Assembly (NCBI GenBank): GCA_043228905.1
Contig: JBHGNT010000012.1
Coordinates: 14,694,001-14,758,000, forward strand
Direction of reading: 5' to 3'
From: Azolla caroliniana
Lineage: Eukaryota; Plantae; Polypodiophyta
DNA: 64,000 nt
In this document: in pieces, positions 34,701 to 45,969 of the stretch
How positions within the stretch are numbered: position 1 is the stretch's first letter
Layout of the letters: each line of letters starts with the position of its first letter
Position numbers and translations under genes: made by a program
The notes under the pieces: generated by a model
Databases searched by the model: none
What the model saw: only the letters and a program-made list of their open reading frames with translations
What the model was told of the DNA's origin: nothing

Positions 34701-36761
34701 AAGAGTAGGACCGAAGGCACAGAGAACGTGCCGACCACAATTCCGGACCCTCCACAAGCAGGGGGAGTCAAGGCGCCACCCGAGGCCGGCAAGAAACGAC
34801 CGACACGGAATGCTGGTACTGTGGTAAAAAGGGCCACAGAGAAAGCGAGTGCTGGAAGAAGCGCGCCGATTTAGACAAATCCGAATCCGGCAAGGCTGGA
34901 GGAGAGAACTAGGAATACTCGCACTATGCAGAAGGATCGGGAGGATCCAAAACCAGAAAAGCCGGTAAAGGGCCAGCCAGCCTTGCTGTTGAAACATGAG
35001 ACTAACTCGATGAAGAAGACCACTTCCAAATCGGAGGAAGTGTGGTACGTTGATTCTGGTGCGTCGAATCACATGACGAGCCACAAAGAGTGGTTCTCTT
35101 TCTTGGAGAAATCGGAACAACCGGGAGTCCTCAAAACCGGAGACGACACTCCTCACCCAATCATGCATATCAGAGAAGTCCCTTTGAACCACATCGGACA
35201 AAGGGGGAAGCTGATGAACATATTACATGTTCCGACTATCATGAAGAACCTAGTGTCAGTCGGTCAGATCGTTGATCAGGGGATGCAGGTGTGGTTTACG
35301 CACCTTGGGTGCTTCATCGAGGAAGAGGGCCAAATTATTGTGCAAGGGCACAGAGATGGGAGGATGTTCATCCTCGACACCAATGACGTCGGCACCGCTT
35401 TGTTGTTGGACAGAAGATTGAATTGGATATTGATCTCTAGCACAAGCGGATCGGCCACGTCAATTACCAGAGGCTTCAAGACCTGCAAACGAAACAAGTT
35501 GTTTACGGTTTGCTGAAGTTCAGTGGCCGGAAGGTCCAAATATGTGAAGCCTGCCAACTCGGGAAGCAACGCCAGGTACCATTCCCCACCGTACAAAACC
35601 ATAGTAGTAACAAGCTCGACCTTATTCGTTCGGATGTATGGGAACCGGCACAAAACGTTAGTCTTGGCGGGAGTCGATATTTCGTCTCCTTCATCGACAA
35701 CTACAGCCGGCACACATGGATCTACCTCATTGAGTGTTTCCGGAACCTGCAAAGCCTGATTGAACAAGAAACGGAGATGAAGATCAAGTGCCTACGGTCA
35801 GATGGTGGGAAAGAATAGTTTTTCGGCCAATTCAACAGTTATCTGTAGCATAACGGAATTCGGAGAGAATTCAGCTGTAGGTACACATCGGAACAAAATG
35901 GTGTGGCCGAAAGGAAGAACCGGTCGATTCTCGACGCGGCAAGGGCAATGATGGAGGAGAAGAGCATGCCCCATTTCTACTGGGTTGATGTGGTCCGGAC
36001 AACTGTCTACATCTAAAACCGGATCGGTGACAAGGTGTCTGCACATGAGTTGTATTTCAAGCGCAAGCCGAATTTGAGACACCTTCGGATATTCGGTAGC
36101 ATTGCATATGTGTTAATCCTAGGGCCGGAAAATAGCCTAACACAGGGTGTCCTCTTAAGACACTTCACTAAAGGGTGTTACGGCAGATGACTTACGACAC
36201 AACACTTAATTAGACCTTAATTGGTTACTTAGCAATACGTCATTAACACGCGTAAGATATAACAATGAGTACAGAACGGTAATCAATACTGAAAGGTTAA
36301 GGCAATAGGTTCTATTAATTATCCCGTTGTCAATTACATTGTAACAAGGCCTTTATATAGGTCTCCGGTGTGAAGTAAAAAAAGTGCCAACTGGCACCTA
36401 TTCGGAATCAGTCCGGATCCGGATCGGCATACCATTTCCGGTCCGTCCGTCCATATTAATAAAATAATTACAAAAGTTCCCGAATAAACTATTCCTTTCA
36501 CACTCTGGTCTGGACATCCTTAAGCCTTCTTGCCGGCCGAGTAACACATGGCATGCCTATGGGATAGTACCTTGTACGTTGAACCCATTATCCGGCCCTG
36601 CTACTCTTCGTCCAAAATGTCCAGAATGCTTTGCTCCAGAATTTCCAATGGCTCGTCGGGAATCTGTTGTTGTTGTTGTGGCTGCTGTTCCGTTTGTGCC
36701 TGCTGCGGTGGCTGCTCTGTTTGTGCCTTCTCCGTTTGGGGCTGCTACTCCGTTTGTTGCT
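31747..36761. repeat. Direct tandem duplication, 2506-bp unit
   Basis: 31747-34252 is repeated at 34253-36758 with GCT at the junction; only about three substitutions seen by eye. Confidence 0.95.
33605..34040 (-). repeat. Duplicated copy of the G4 3' LTR
   Basis: Same sequence as 36111-36546, inside the first tandem unit. Confidence 0.92.
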
Positions 36762-39706
36762 CTAGCACTGGCGTTTCCTTCGTTGTTTCCTCCGTCAGAG
36801 TTGTCGCTAGCTGATTGACCCCGGCCTGGTTCCCATCTGGTCCTTGTACCGGCGACGGTTCCTCATCACTATGGTTGACCATTGCCGCCTTCCTTGCTTT
36901 TTCTTCTCGGAGCCGGGACCGCTCATAGCTCTCAAACTGGATTTGACCCTCCATCCGATCGTCGTCCAGTTGAGCTATGAGTTGTCGGACCTGCACCAAT
37001 TGTTCATCCGCCAGGGCTGTGAAATATTCGGCCAACTCATCCCTGATGTCAACATATAATAGTCGCCACCTTCCTTCCGCCGGTTTTCCACGTCCGCCCT
37101 GAGCAACTGGAGTTCCGCCGTATTCTGCGCCCATTTCGTCCACCATTGCACAGAGCTCTCGTCAATCAAGCATTTGTTCTTGGTGAGCCATGCCCAGAGG
37201 ATGCATTGGATCCATTCGGTTCCAATCCGTGATTTGTTCTCCGCGGCTTGTCGCTCCTCTTTCAATTGCGTGATGATTCTGACTGTGTCCGTCTCCTACT
37301 CCCTATAATGCGGCAATTGACTTTCATAGGTTGTTTGCAACCTCTGTAACACCATTGTCGCTCTTTCCTTTTCTTCATGGTTCTGCTTGTGGAGCTCCAT
37401 CTGGTCCATCGCCGCTTCCTCCAATAGCTTTGAATTCTCAGCTCGTTCGTCGGCGAGTGCCGTTGTGGCCCTATCAACTTCTTGTCGGAGCTCGGCCATC
37501 CTTTCCTTCTGTTGCTTATACTCCGCCTCCATCTGCTTGTAGTCCCGGTGCAGATGATCAAAATCATCGGTCTTCTGCTTGTAGTCCCGGTGCAGATGAT
37601 CAAAATCATCGGTCTTCTGCTTCAGCCTCTGGTTGATTTACCGGCGCGCACGGTCCTCCCGGTCCTTTTGTTGACGGAGTTCTTCCTTCAGGCTTTCGAT
37701 TTCCATCTCCGCCATCTGTCACAACTTCTCTTTCTCTGACAGCTCTCTTTTTCCTCCTTTAGTCGGTCGTAAGCTTGATGTCCTATACGCAGGTTTTCCT
37801 CTGCCCGGCGGAGGTTCTTAGTAGTCTTCTTTAATTCTTCTTCGGCCGCCTTCTTCAAGTCGCATTCGCGGCTCCGTAATGCTTCTTGTGCGGCAAGTTC
37901 GTCTCTTAAGTCAGCAAGCTCTTGGGCTTGCGCCGCATTATTCTCCAGAAAAGTTTCTGTCTCCGGGGTCTTATCCGTATGTACATCCACCGGAGTCACC
38001 GGTGCTTGGATCTATGTAGCGGTTAAGGCCATTTTGGCCATGTCTTCTGTGAACCGATCCAAGTCTTATTCGAGGCACCGGATCGTTGACCGGGCCGTCT
38101 CTAGTTCATCGGTTGTGACTAGCAACTATTCCATCTGCACTCGCTCTTCTGCCTCTACGTATCCGACTACTCCGGCAATTTGTTCTCCTATCCACCGGAG
38201 CCATTGGCTGTCGGTGCCCTGTTGTTGCGTCTGCATGGCGGGTTGGCTGATGGGTTCACTTGCAGGTGGCTGGTCCCGCCTTTCTGCGTCGAGCGGCAAT
38301 TCCGGCTCTACCTGCTGACCACTTTGCCGTTCAGGTTCCGGTTGTGTTTCAGCTGGCCGCACTTGTTCTGCTTGTTCTTGGCCGGCTGAGGAGGTTGGCA
38401 TTTGTAGAATCGGCTCTTGAGTTACGGGGATTGCCGGTGCTGCCTGTTGTGCAGGGACTTCTGTGACCTGTTCCATCCGAACCGGTTCCAGTGCCTCCCT
38501 TGGCGTGGGAGTCTTAGTGTGGGTTGCAGGCGTTCTATCCTTCTGTGGGTCTAAACGCTTCCCGGCTGATTCTGCGGTCCTCTTCACTGGTCGCTGCTGG
38601 AGGTGCTCCGTAGGCTCTTCCTCTGTTTCCTCCTCCTGAGTCTCGGCATTCATTCTTGCCGCCAAGGTGTCCGTTTCTTGCTGCACCGGTCGGTGGAGTG
38701 GGCTCTTCAGTGGCCGTGCCGGTGTCTCCTCGTGCATGTCCGTTGGCCGCTTCCGGCTGGCGCGCTCCTTTGTCACCTTCTCTGAGTCGGCCGTCTTCCC
38801 CTTAGTGGCCTTGGAGGCCAACAACTATTGCCGTTTTGATGCAGCTCTCGGGATGCTGTTGGGTACTCTTCCCCGTTTCTTGGTCTGGACGGGCGCGACA
38901 GGCGGCGCCAATAGGGTGAGCCATTGTGTCACCGCATGCCATATTTTCTGGCCTTCTTTGCCTTCCTTACCTCTTACGGTATCAACGGCCACGCACAATC
39001 CGTCGGCGATCAGCACCGCCCAATCCACCTTGACCCCTTCGTATGTTGCGATAATCAATCCTACTCGATTCTGAGGCATAACGAGGGGTCGAGGGTATAT
39101 GTGGCTGAACTCATGGAGTACACGGGCAATTTTGTGGAATAACATATCTTCGCCGCCCTGTGTCCTGTAGCCCTTGCTGGCGAGAGAATACACACCGAAA
39201 TATTTGATGAGTTGCTCGGAGGTAGGATTGTCGATCATGCAGATGCCCCCCTCCGGAAGGCCTGTTAACGCATGGATCGCTTCCTCCGTGATCAGCTCGA
39301 TGTCAATGTCTTTGATAATATTTTCGACCTCCTTGTGTGGCGCCGCCTCCATGATTGTCAAGAAACCCTCTAGTCCGTGTTGCCATAGCCATTTCTTGGC
39401 GGCTTCAGACAGTGTTTGGAAGTCCATCTCTGCGTCGAGGTCGGAGAGCATTGGCGAGGTTTGACGGTGGAGAGAGTGTGAGAGAGAAAGTTCTGAGTGA
39501 GGGGGTTCTCTGTGCGTGAGCTCTCGTCGATTGATCTTCACGTGTCTGTCTGCGTCTGTTCTGCTTGGTTCGCGAAAGAAGAAGCTCTCGATGCGTGGAG
39601 GTTTTTCTCTCTGCATCTTGGCGCCTTTTTCGAGCCTACGCATGTGCAGGTCGTGTACTATAATAGCATTACGTGCCATGTGGCGGTGGTTTAATGCCCT
39701 ATTCAT
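36557..39706 (-). pseudogene. Long sense-strand extra ORF of G4 between integrase and 3' LTR
   Basis: Consecutive ORF pieces (293 aa and 232 aa in one frame, then coiled-coil and Q/T/E-repeat pieces); homologous fragments in G2. Confidence 0.75.
37532..37622. repeat. 42-bp tandem duplication
   Basis: tctgcttgtagtcccggtgcagatgatcaaaatcatcggtct twice, with tctgctt at all three borders. Confidence 0.9.
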
Positions 39707-39845
39707 AGCCTCCTCGTACCTTTTCGAAGTGCCTCTTTACTCCTCGTTTGCATGATCGTTCCCACCACTCCTTTCCATGATTTCTTTGATTCGTTTCAAT
39801 TTATTTTTTTATTTTTTTATTTTTTTGGCAATATTAATTGTGTGG

Positions 39846-42800
39846 TTAATTTTTCTGCGGTCTTGTCGGACCCTTACCCGAAACATGCACCTTGCCGGAC
39901 TCTTGATGGTTTGCCGTCGTTTTGCTCTCCCCAGTTGTCGGCTCGTGCTCCTCCTTACCGGCTTGGTGGTAGCCGTTTTCCTCACAGGTTGCTGTCATGG
40001 TTGGCCTGCCGGCGTCCGATTCGGTGTCGTCCCTTCGTTCGAATGGGTTCTTGGGCATAGGTCCTCTGTATGGCTTTAGTCTAAAACCGTTGACCCATTT
40101 ACCCAGCACCTCGCCGGGAAGTGTCCCTAACTGGTAGGATGCATTGAACTCGCGTTTGATCCATTACGATCCGGTCCATCTAAACCGCAGTTTGCCTGGC
40201 ATTTTACCCATCCGGGTCTGGAACACTAGTACCGGCTTGCCGATTTCGAACATCTTTTCGTTTCCCTTCTGGTGCCGATCTACAAATGCTTTTCGTCGCC
40301 GTTGTTCCAATTCCAGGTGCATGATGTTCGCCACTCGGTGTTCGTCTAGTTCACACAGAGCCTTTAACCGAATTGCCTCCGATACCTTTTCATTAAGTCG
40401 TTCCCGAATCTAGATCCGTAAGCTCGGTACCTGGAACTCGACCGGCATGACTGCCTCTAATCTGAATGCTAATCGGAACGGCGTTGTTCGGATGCTTGTT
40501 TTGTATGCTGTCTGGTAAGCCCAGAGCGCACTATGTAGCTTCGTGTCCCAATTTGTCCAATTCTCATTGACGATCCTACGCAGGATATTCTATAGCGTTT
40601 TGTTTGTTGACTTAGCTAATCCGTTGGCTTGTGGGTAGTACGGGGTGCTCCGTTTATGTATTACCGCATAGAATGATGTCAAGCTCTCCACTACCTGTCC
40701 AAGAAAGTGCCCTCCTTGGTCGCTTATCAGCTCTATGGGGCATCCGTACCGGCACCAAATGTATTCGTATAAGAATTTTGTCGTCGATGCCGCGGTGTTG
40801 TCTCGTAGGGCTTTGGCTTCCACCCATTTAGTGCAGTAGTCCGTCGTGACGATCACATACCGGTTGCCAGTTCTCATTGCCGGTGGTTTAAATGGTCCGA
40901 CAAAATCCAGTCCCCATTTCTGAAATGGTTCTAATGGTAGTACTGGCTGGTGCGACATCCTAGCTTGTTCCGTTGGTTAGCCCATTTGCTAGCATAGATC
41001 ACACTCTTTCGCGTACCGGATTGCGTCTTTCAATGTAGTCGGCCACCATAGGCCACTTTGCCATATCTTGCTTGTCGTAGCATCCCCGGCAGAATGGCCT
41101 CCGGCGACTCCGCAGTGTGCTTCCTGTAGTATTACCTCTTTCTCGTTACTGCGCACCGCTCGTCGCCATATACCGTCCGCACCTTTGTGGTATAGCATGT
41201 CCCGTAATAAATAGAAGTGTCGGCTTTGTACCGCCAGGCGTTTCCTCTCGTCCCGGTTCATCTCCTCCGGAGGCAATCCGGTGCTCAGAAATTGGTGCAT
41301 ATTTGTTAGCCACTTATCTTCTGGTGCCACCGTTTCATCTGTTGCCGTTTCCGCAGTGACTCGAAATAGCTCAGCATCCGGAAACTCGTCTGGTACTCCA
41401 TCGCCGGTTTCGCCTGAATCTAGCCGGCTTAAATAATCTGCTACCGCATGCTATATGCTAGGTCGGTGGAATATCTCGAATTCGAATTCCTTTAATAGCA
41501 AAGTCCATCAGGCCAACTTACCGATAAGTACCGCTTTGGACACTAGGTAGAGGAGTGCCGAATGATCTACATGGAAGGAAAACTTTCTTCCCAATAAATA
41601 ATGCCTGAATTTTGTTACGATGTAGATCATGCCTAAAGCTTCCCTTTCCGTGGTGGAATAATTTCGTTCGGCTTGGGATAACTTCCGACTTGCGTAATAT
41701 ACAGGTCGAGACCATCTTGGCTCCGTAAGTTGCATCAGCGCACTCCCGATTGCCATGTAGGATGCATCCACGAACACATGAAATTCCTTCGCCCAATCCG
41801 GGGGTTGCACTACCGGCGCTTGCAACAATAGAACTTTAAGTGCCCGGTACGCCTTGTCTTCGGTGTCGGTCCATGTTCCGCAGCATGCGGTGGTGTAGCT
41901 AGGTTCGCCAAATACCGGAGCATTCGGCTATGCCAACGGATTTGGCCTAAGAAACGGCTCAATGCCTTTGCCGTTTTTGGTGCCAGTGCCTCCAGGATTG
42001 CTTTTATTTTGTCCGGATCCACGACGATGCCCTCCTTGCTCACAATGTGCCCCAGTAGTGTTCCGCTGGACACGTCTAATACACACTTCGCCGGATTCAG
42101 GCTTAGCCGGTAAGCCCTACACTTTTCTAGACACAGTCGGAGGTGTTGAAGGTGGTCTCCTTCCCGGTTGTAAACGGTGAAGTCGTCGAGGAACACCTGC
42201 ATGAACGCCGGTATGAATTCTTCGAATATTTCCATGATGATCCTCTGGAACGTTGCCGGCGCCGTTTTGAGTCTGAACATCATCACTACGGCAACAAACA
42301 CTCCCCATTCAGTGATGAAAGCCGTTTTCTCCTGGTGATCGGGGTGCATCCGGATCTGGTTGTATCCGTTGAATCCGTCTAAAAAACTGTATACCTCATG
42401 GCCGGCGACTGCGTCCAAAACTCCATCCGTAAATGGAAGTGGAAATGTATCAGTTACCGTCGCCACATTAAGCTTCCGGTAGTTGACACATACTCTAATT
42501 TTGGCGTTTTTCTTTGGTACGACTACTATCGGGCTCAGCCATGTAGATTTCTTTACGGGACGGATAAAGCCAACCCTCAGCAACTTGTCGATTTCCTCCT
42601 TGACTTTGGCGGCATAGTTTGGATTCATCCGGTACCATCGCTGTGCTACCGGTTTGGCGTCTTTGCTCAAATGTATCTGATGTTGATAGCTGAAGATCGA
42701 GCCCTCTCATATCCTCCTAGGACCAGGCAAACACGTTCCGAAACTCTTTGAGAAGTGTAATCATCGTCGTTCTGTTCTCCGTAGTCATTTCCTTGGCTAT

Positions 42801-44340
42801 CTGCACCGGTCTCGCCTCTTCTGTAGTTCCTAGATTTACCTCCTCTAGTTGGGATGCTTTAACCCATTGTGATACGACCATTTCTCTTTCCAGTGCTTCT
42901 TGTGCTTGCCGTAGCTCCCGGATCGCTTCTTTATTTGCTGTATGTATGGTGATATGGCTTCAGCTACGTCAATTTCAAGCAGGGGTACTATCTTCGGATT
43001 ATCTTTCAAGTATTGATCCACCTCTTCGTCTGCTAATCTGTCTAGCATATTGACACATTCAGCATATAGGGGTGTTAATTCCTTCCCGGTACCCATCTGT
43101 GGTTGTGTCGGTACCCGTACTTTTGCTTTTCCCTACCGGAAGGTGATTATATTCTTTGTCCAGTTTTGTTTAATGTGCGCCGTTTTTAGCCACGGCCGCC
43201 CCAACAATAGCGGGTAAGCTCCTTGTGCCTGTAATTGTAGCACTACTACTGAGATGCGAAATGTGCGGCCGCCAATTGATACTTCCAAATCTCGTATCAA
43301 GCCGGTCGGTCGCACTGAGCTTGTATCCGCCATCCGTAGCCAGAACGAGCATGGTTCCCACTCTTGGATTCCCAAGGTTGTGCATGTTCGGATGCTAATC
43401 ACATTGACGCTGGATCCTCCATCTATTACTGTTCCGAGTAACTCCTTTCCCTTCACGATGGCTGTGATCGCCAGACTGTTTGTGTCTACCATCGCCGGTC
43501 CCTCCTCCGGATTTGAGAAGAATGTTGGTGCCGGTGGTGTTTCTCCTGCCGTCATGCCTGTCTTGAGTCCTTCTGTGAATCTAGGCACTAGCTGCAGGAG
43601 CCATCCTAATGGCAACGTGATTTGGCACTCTTGCAATGCCTGCCATGTTGCATTTTCAGTCCGACTACCGCCGGCGAGCTCTTCGGTGTTCTCCTTTACT
43701 GCACAAGTTCTGCTACATTTCGTTCATTTGCCTTTTTCACGCATTCCGTTGCCTGCTTCCGGATGGCCTCTTGTGTCTCCCATTCCATCGTCTTGCCCCT
43801 CAACCTTGTGGTAACCTGCTGTAGGTCTGCGACTTCGGCGACTACCATGTTTATTGCCGGTTGCTTGTCATAGCTCTTTGCCGGACATTGATTACTATAA
43901 TTTCCTTCTTGTCAGCAATAATAGCAATATGCTTTCCGGGTATTGCTGGATTCGGCATTGTTTCCTGTACCCGATGGAGGACCTGTGGTAACCACGGGGC
44001 TTTGGTCCGGTTGGCTGCTTGGGGCGCCTTTTTCCGGTTCATGTAGGTAGCTCCCTTTTTTGAATTGCCGTTTTTTATTAAAGTTCTTTTTGTTGTGGTA
44101 CCCTTGACGGGGTTGGTCTTCATATCTCCCGTAATCTTCCCGTCGTTGGTGATACCCGGGGGAGTGATCCCGGTTATAATGCTCGTACCGTCCACTGTAA
44201 TCTCGGTACCTGTCATATCTCTCATCGGTCATAGTTGTCTCGCCAATCGCCGTACTAGACATCCTGTGCCGGTCGATATCGCTCCTCTCGCCGCCAACGT
44301 TTGTCTTCTTCGTCTCGGCTGCTACGTGTCTCGATTTGCC
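39846..44340 (-). pseudogene. G4 gag(3' part)-pol
   Basis: ORF fragments 43912-44373, 43133-43636, 41810-42670, 41508-41828, 40989-41330, 40590-40958, 39846-40109 in gypsy order PR-RT-RH-INT. Confidence 0.93.
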
Positions 44341-44839
44341 CCTAACACAGGGTGTCCGCTTAAGACACTTCACCGAAGGGTGTTATGGCAAGATGACTTA
44401 TGACATAACAGTTAATTAGACCTTAATTGGTTACTTAGCAATACTTCATTAACACGCATAAGATATAACAATGAGTACAGAACGGTAATCAATACTGAAA
44501 GGTTAAGGCAATAAGTTCTATTAATTATCCGCTGTCAATTACATTGTAACCGGGCCTTTATATAGGTCTCCGGTGCGAAGTACAAAATGGTACCAACCGG
44601 CACCTATTCGGAATCGGTCCGAATACGGATCGGCATACCGATTCCGGTCCGTCCGTTCATATTAATAAAATAATTACAACAATTCCCGAATAAACTAATC
44701 CTTTCACATTCTGGTCTGGACATCCTTAAGCCTTCTTGCCGGCTGGGTAACAATATGTGCATGTGCGGATGAGAAGCGGAGGAAGTTGGACGCAAAGTCG
44801 GAGAAATGCATCCTGGTCGGTTACTCGCATGAGCAAAGG

Positions 44840-45250
44840 GATGTAAGTGTTATAACCCCCGGACGAAGCAGGTCCAAGTAAGCCGGGATGTTGAGTTTGA
44901 TGAGACGGCATCATGGTATGCCTTACGGGCTCCGACTTTCGACCCCGACCCGATACCAAAGGATGAGGCTAGTGAGCCTGAACCGGTTCAGTTAGAAGAC
45001 GAAGGGTTCGAGACTCTAGATGTGAGTCCGGAATCATTTCGGTTGATGTAAGTGTTATAACCCCTGGACGAAGCAGGTCCAAGTAAGCCGGGATGTTGAG
45101 TTTGATGAGACGGCATCATGGTATGCCTTACGGGCTCCGACTTTCGACCCCGACCGATACCAAAGGATGAGGCTAGTGAGCCTAAACCGGTCCAGTTAGA
45201 AGACGAAGGGTTCAAGACTCTAGATGTGAGTCCGGAATCATTTCGGTTGA
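44840..45250. repeat. ~205-bp tandem duplication in copia Y
   Basis: gatgtaagtgttataaccc starts at 44840 and again at 45045. Confidence 0.9.
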
Positions 45251-45969
45251 GCGGGCCGAATGAGCGACTGGGTTAGACAGACCAGTCGGAAGATGAACCG
45301 GTGAGTAGTGGAGACTTTGTCGTGCTCTCCCCGCGCAAGGAACCGAGGAGACGGTTCACGCGCCAAGAGAAGGGGTAAAAGAAGATGCCGGAATACGAAA
45401 CCGGCAACGTTGAGTCGGATCGGAGAATATCCGACTTCGGAAAGGATGGAGGCGGATCTTAGGGAACGAAGTCCGACCTGGCCAAGAAGAGCCCCAAACC
45501 GGGTAATACCAAGTTACACCGGTCTTCCCACCTGAAGAACCCCGTTACGCGGTATGGGTACAATGAGTACATGGTGCATCATTATGTGTTCATGACTAAA
45601 GTGGCAGAAATGCATGAGCCGGAGAGCTACGCAGAAGATGCAAAGGATGTAAATTGGTGTGCCACTATGGAGGAAGAAATGTGGGCACTTGATGCCAATG
45701 ACACATGGGACCTAGTTGACCCTCCTCGACACTGTAAACCGATCGGATGTAAGTGGGTGTACAAGGTAAAGTACAATGCCGACGGTTCGGTTAACCGGTA
45801 CAAGGCCCGGTTAGTGGCGAAGGGATACACGCAGACTTACGGAATTGACTACGACGAGACCTTCACTCCAGTAGCGAAGATGACGACGGTTGGTGCGGCA
45901 AGGGGATGGCATCTTCACCAAATGGACGTGAAGAAGGCATTTCTTCAAGGCGATCTTGAAGAAGAGTTC

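Larger units (their letters stand above)
36111..44752 (-). mobile_element. Non-chromovirus Ty3/gypsy element G4 with extra 3' ORF
   Basis: LTRs 36111-36546 and 44341-44752 (truncated); perfect TSD ATATG (36106-36110 / 44753-44757); gag knuckle CYYC, protease VIDGGS, RT FLDD, RNase H VDAS, integrase WGLDFVGP. Confidence 0.94.
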
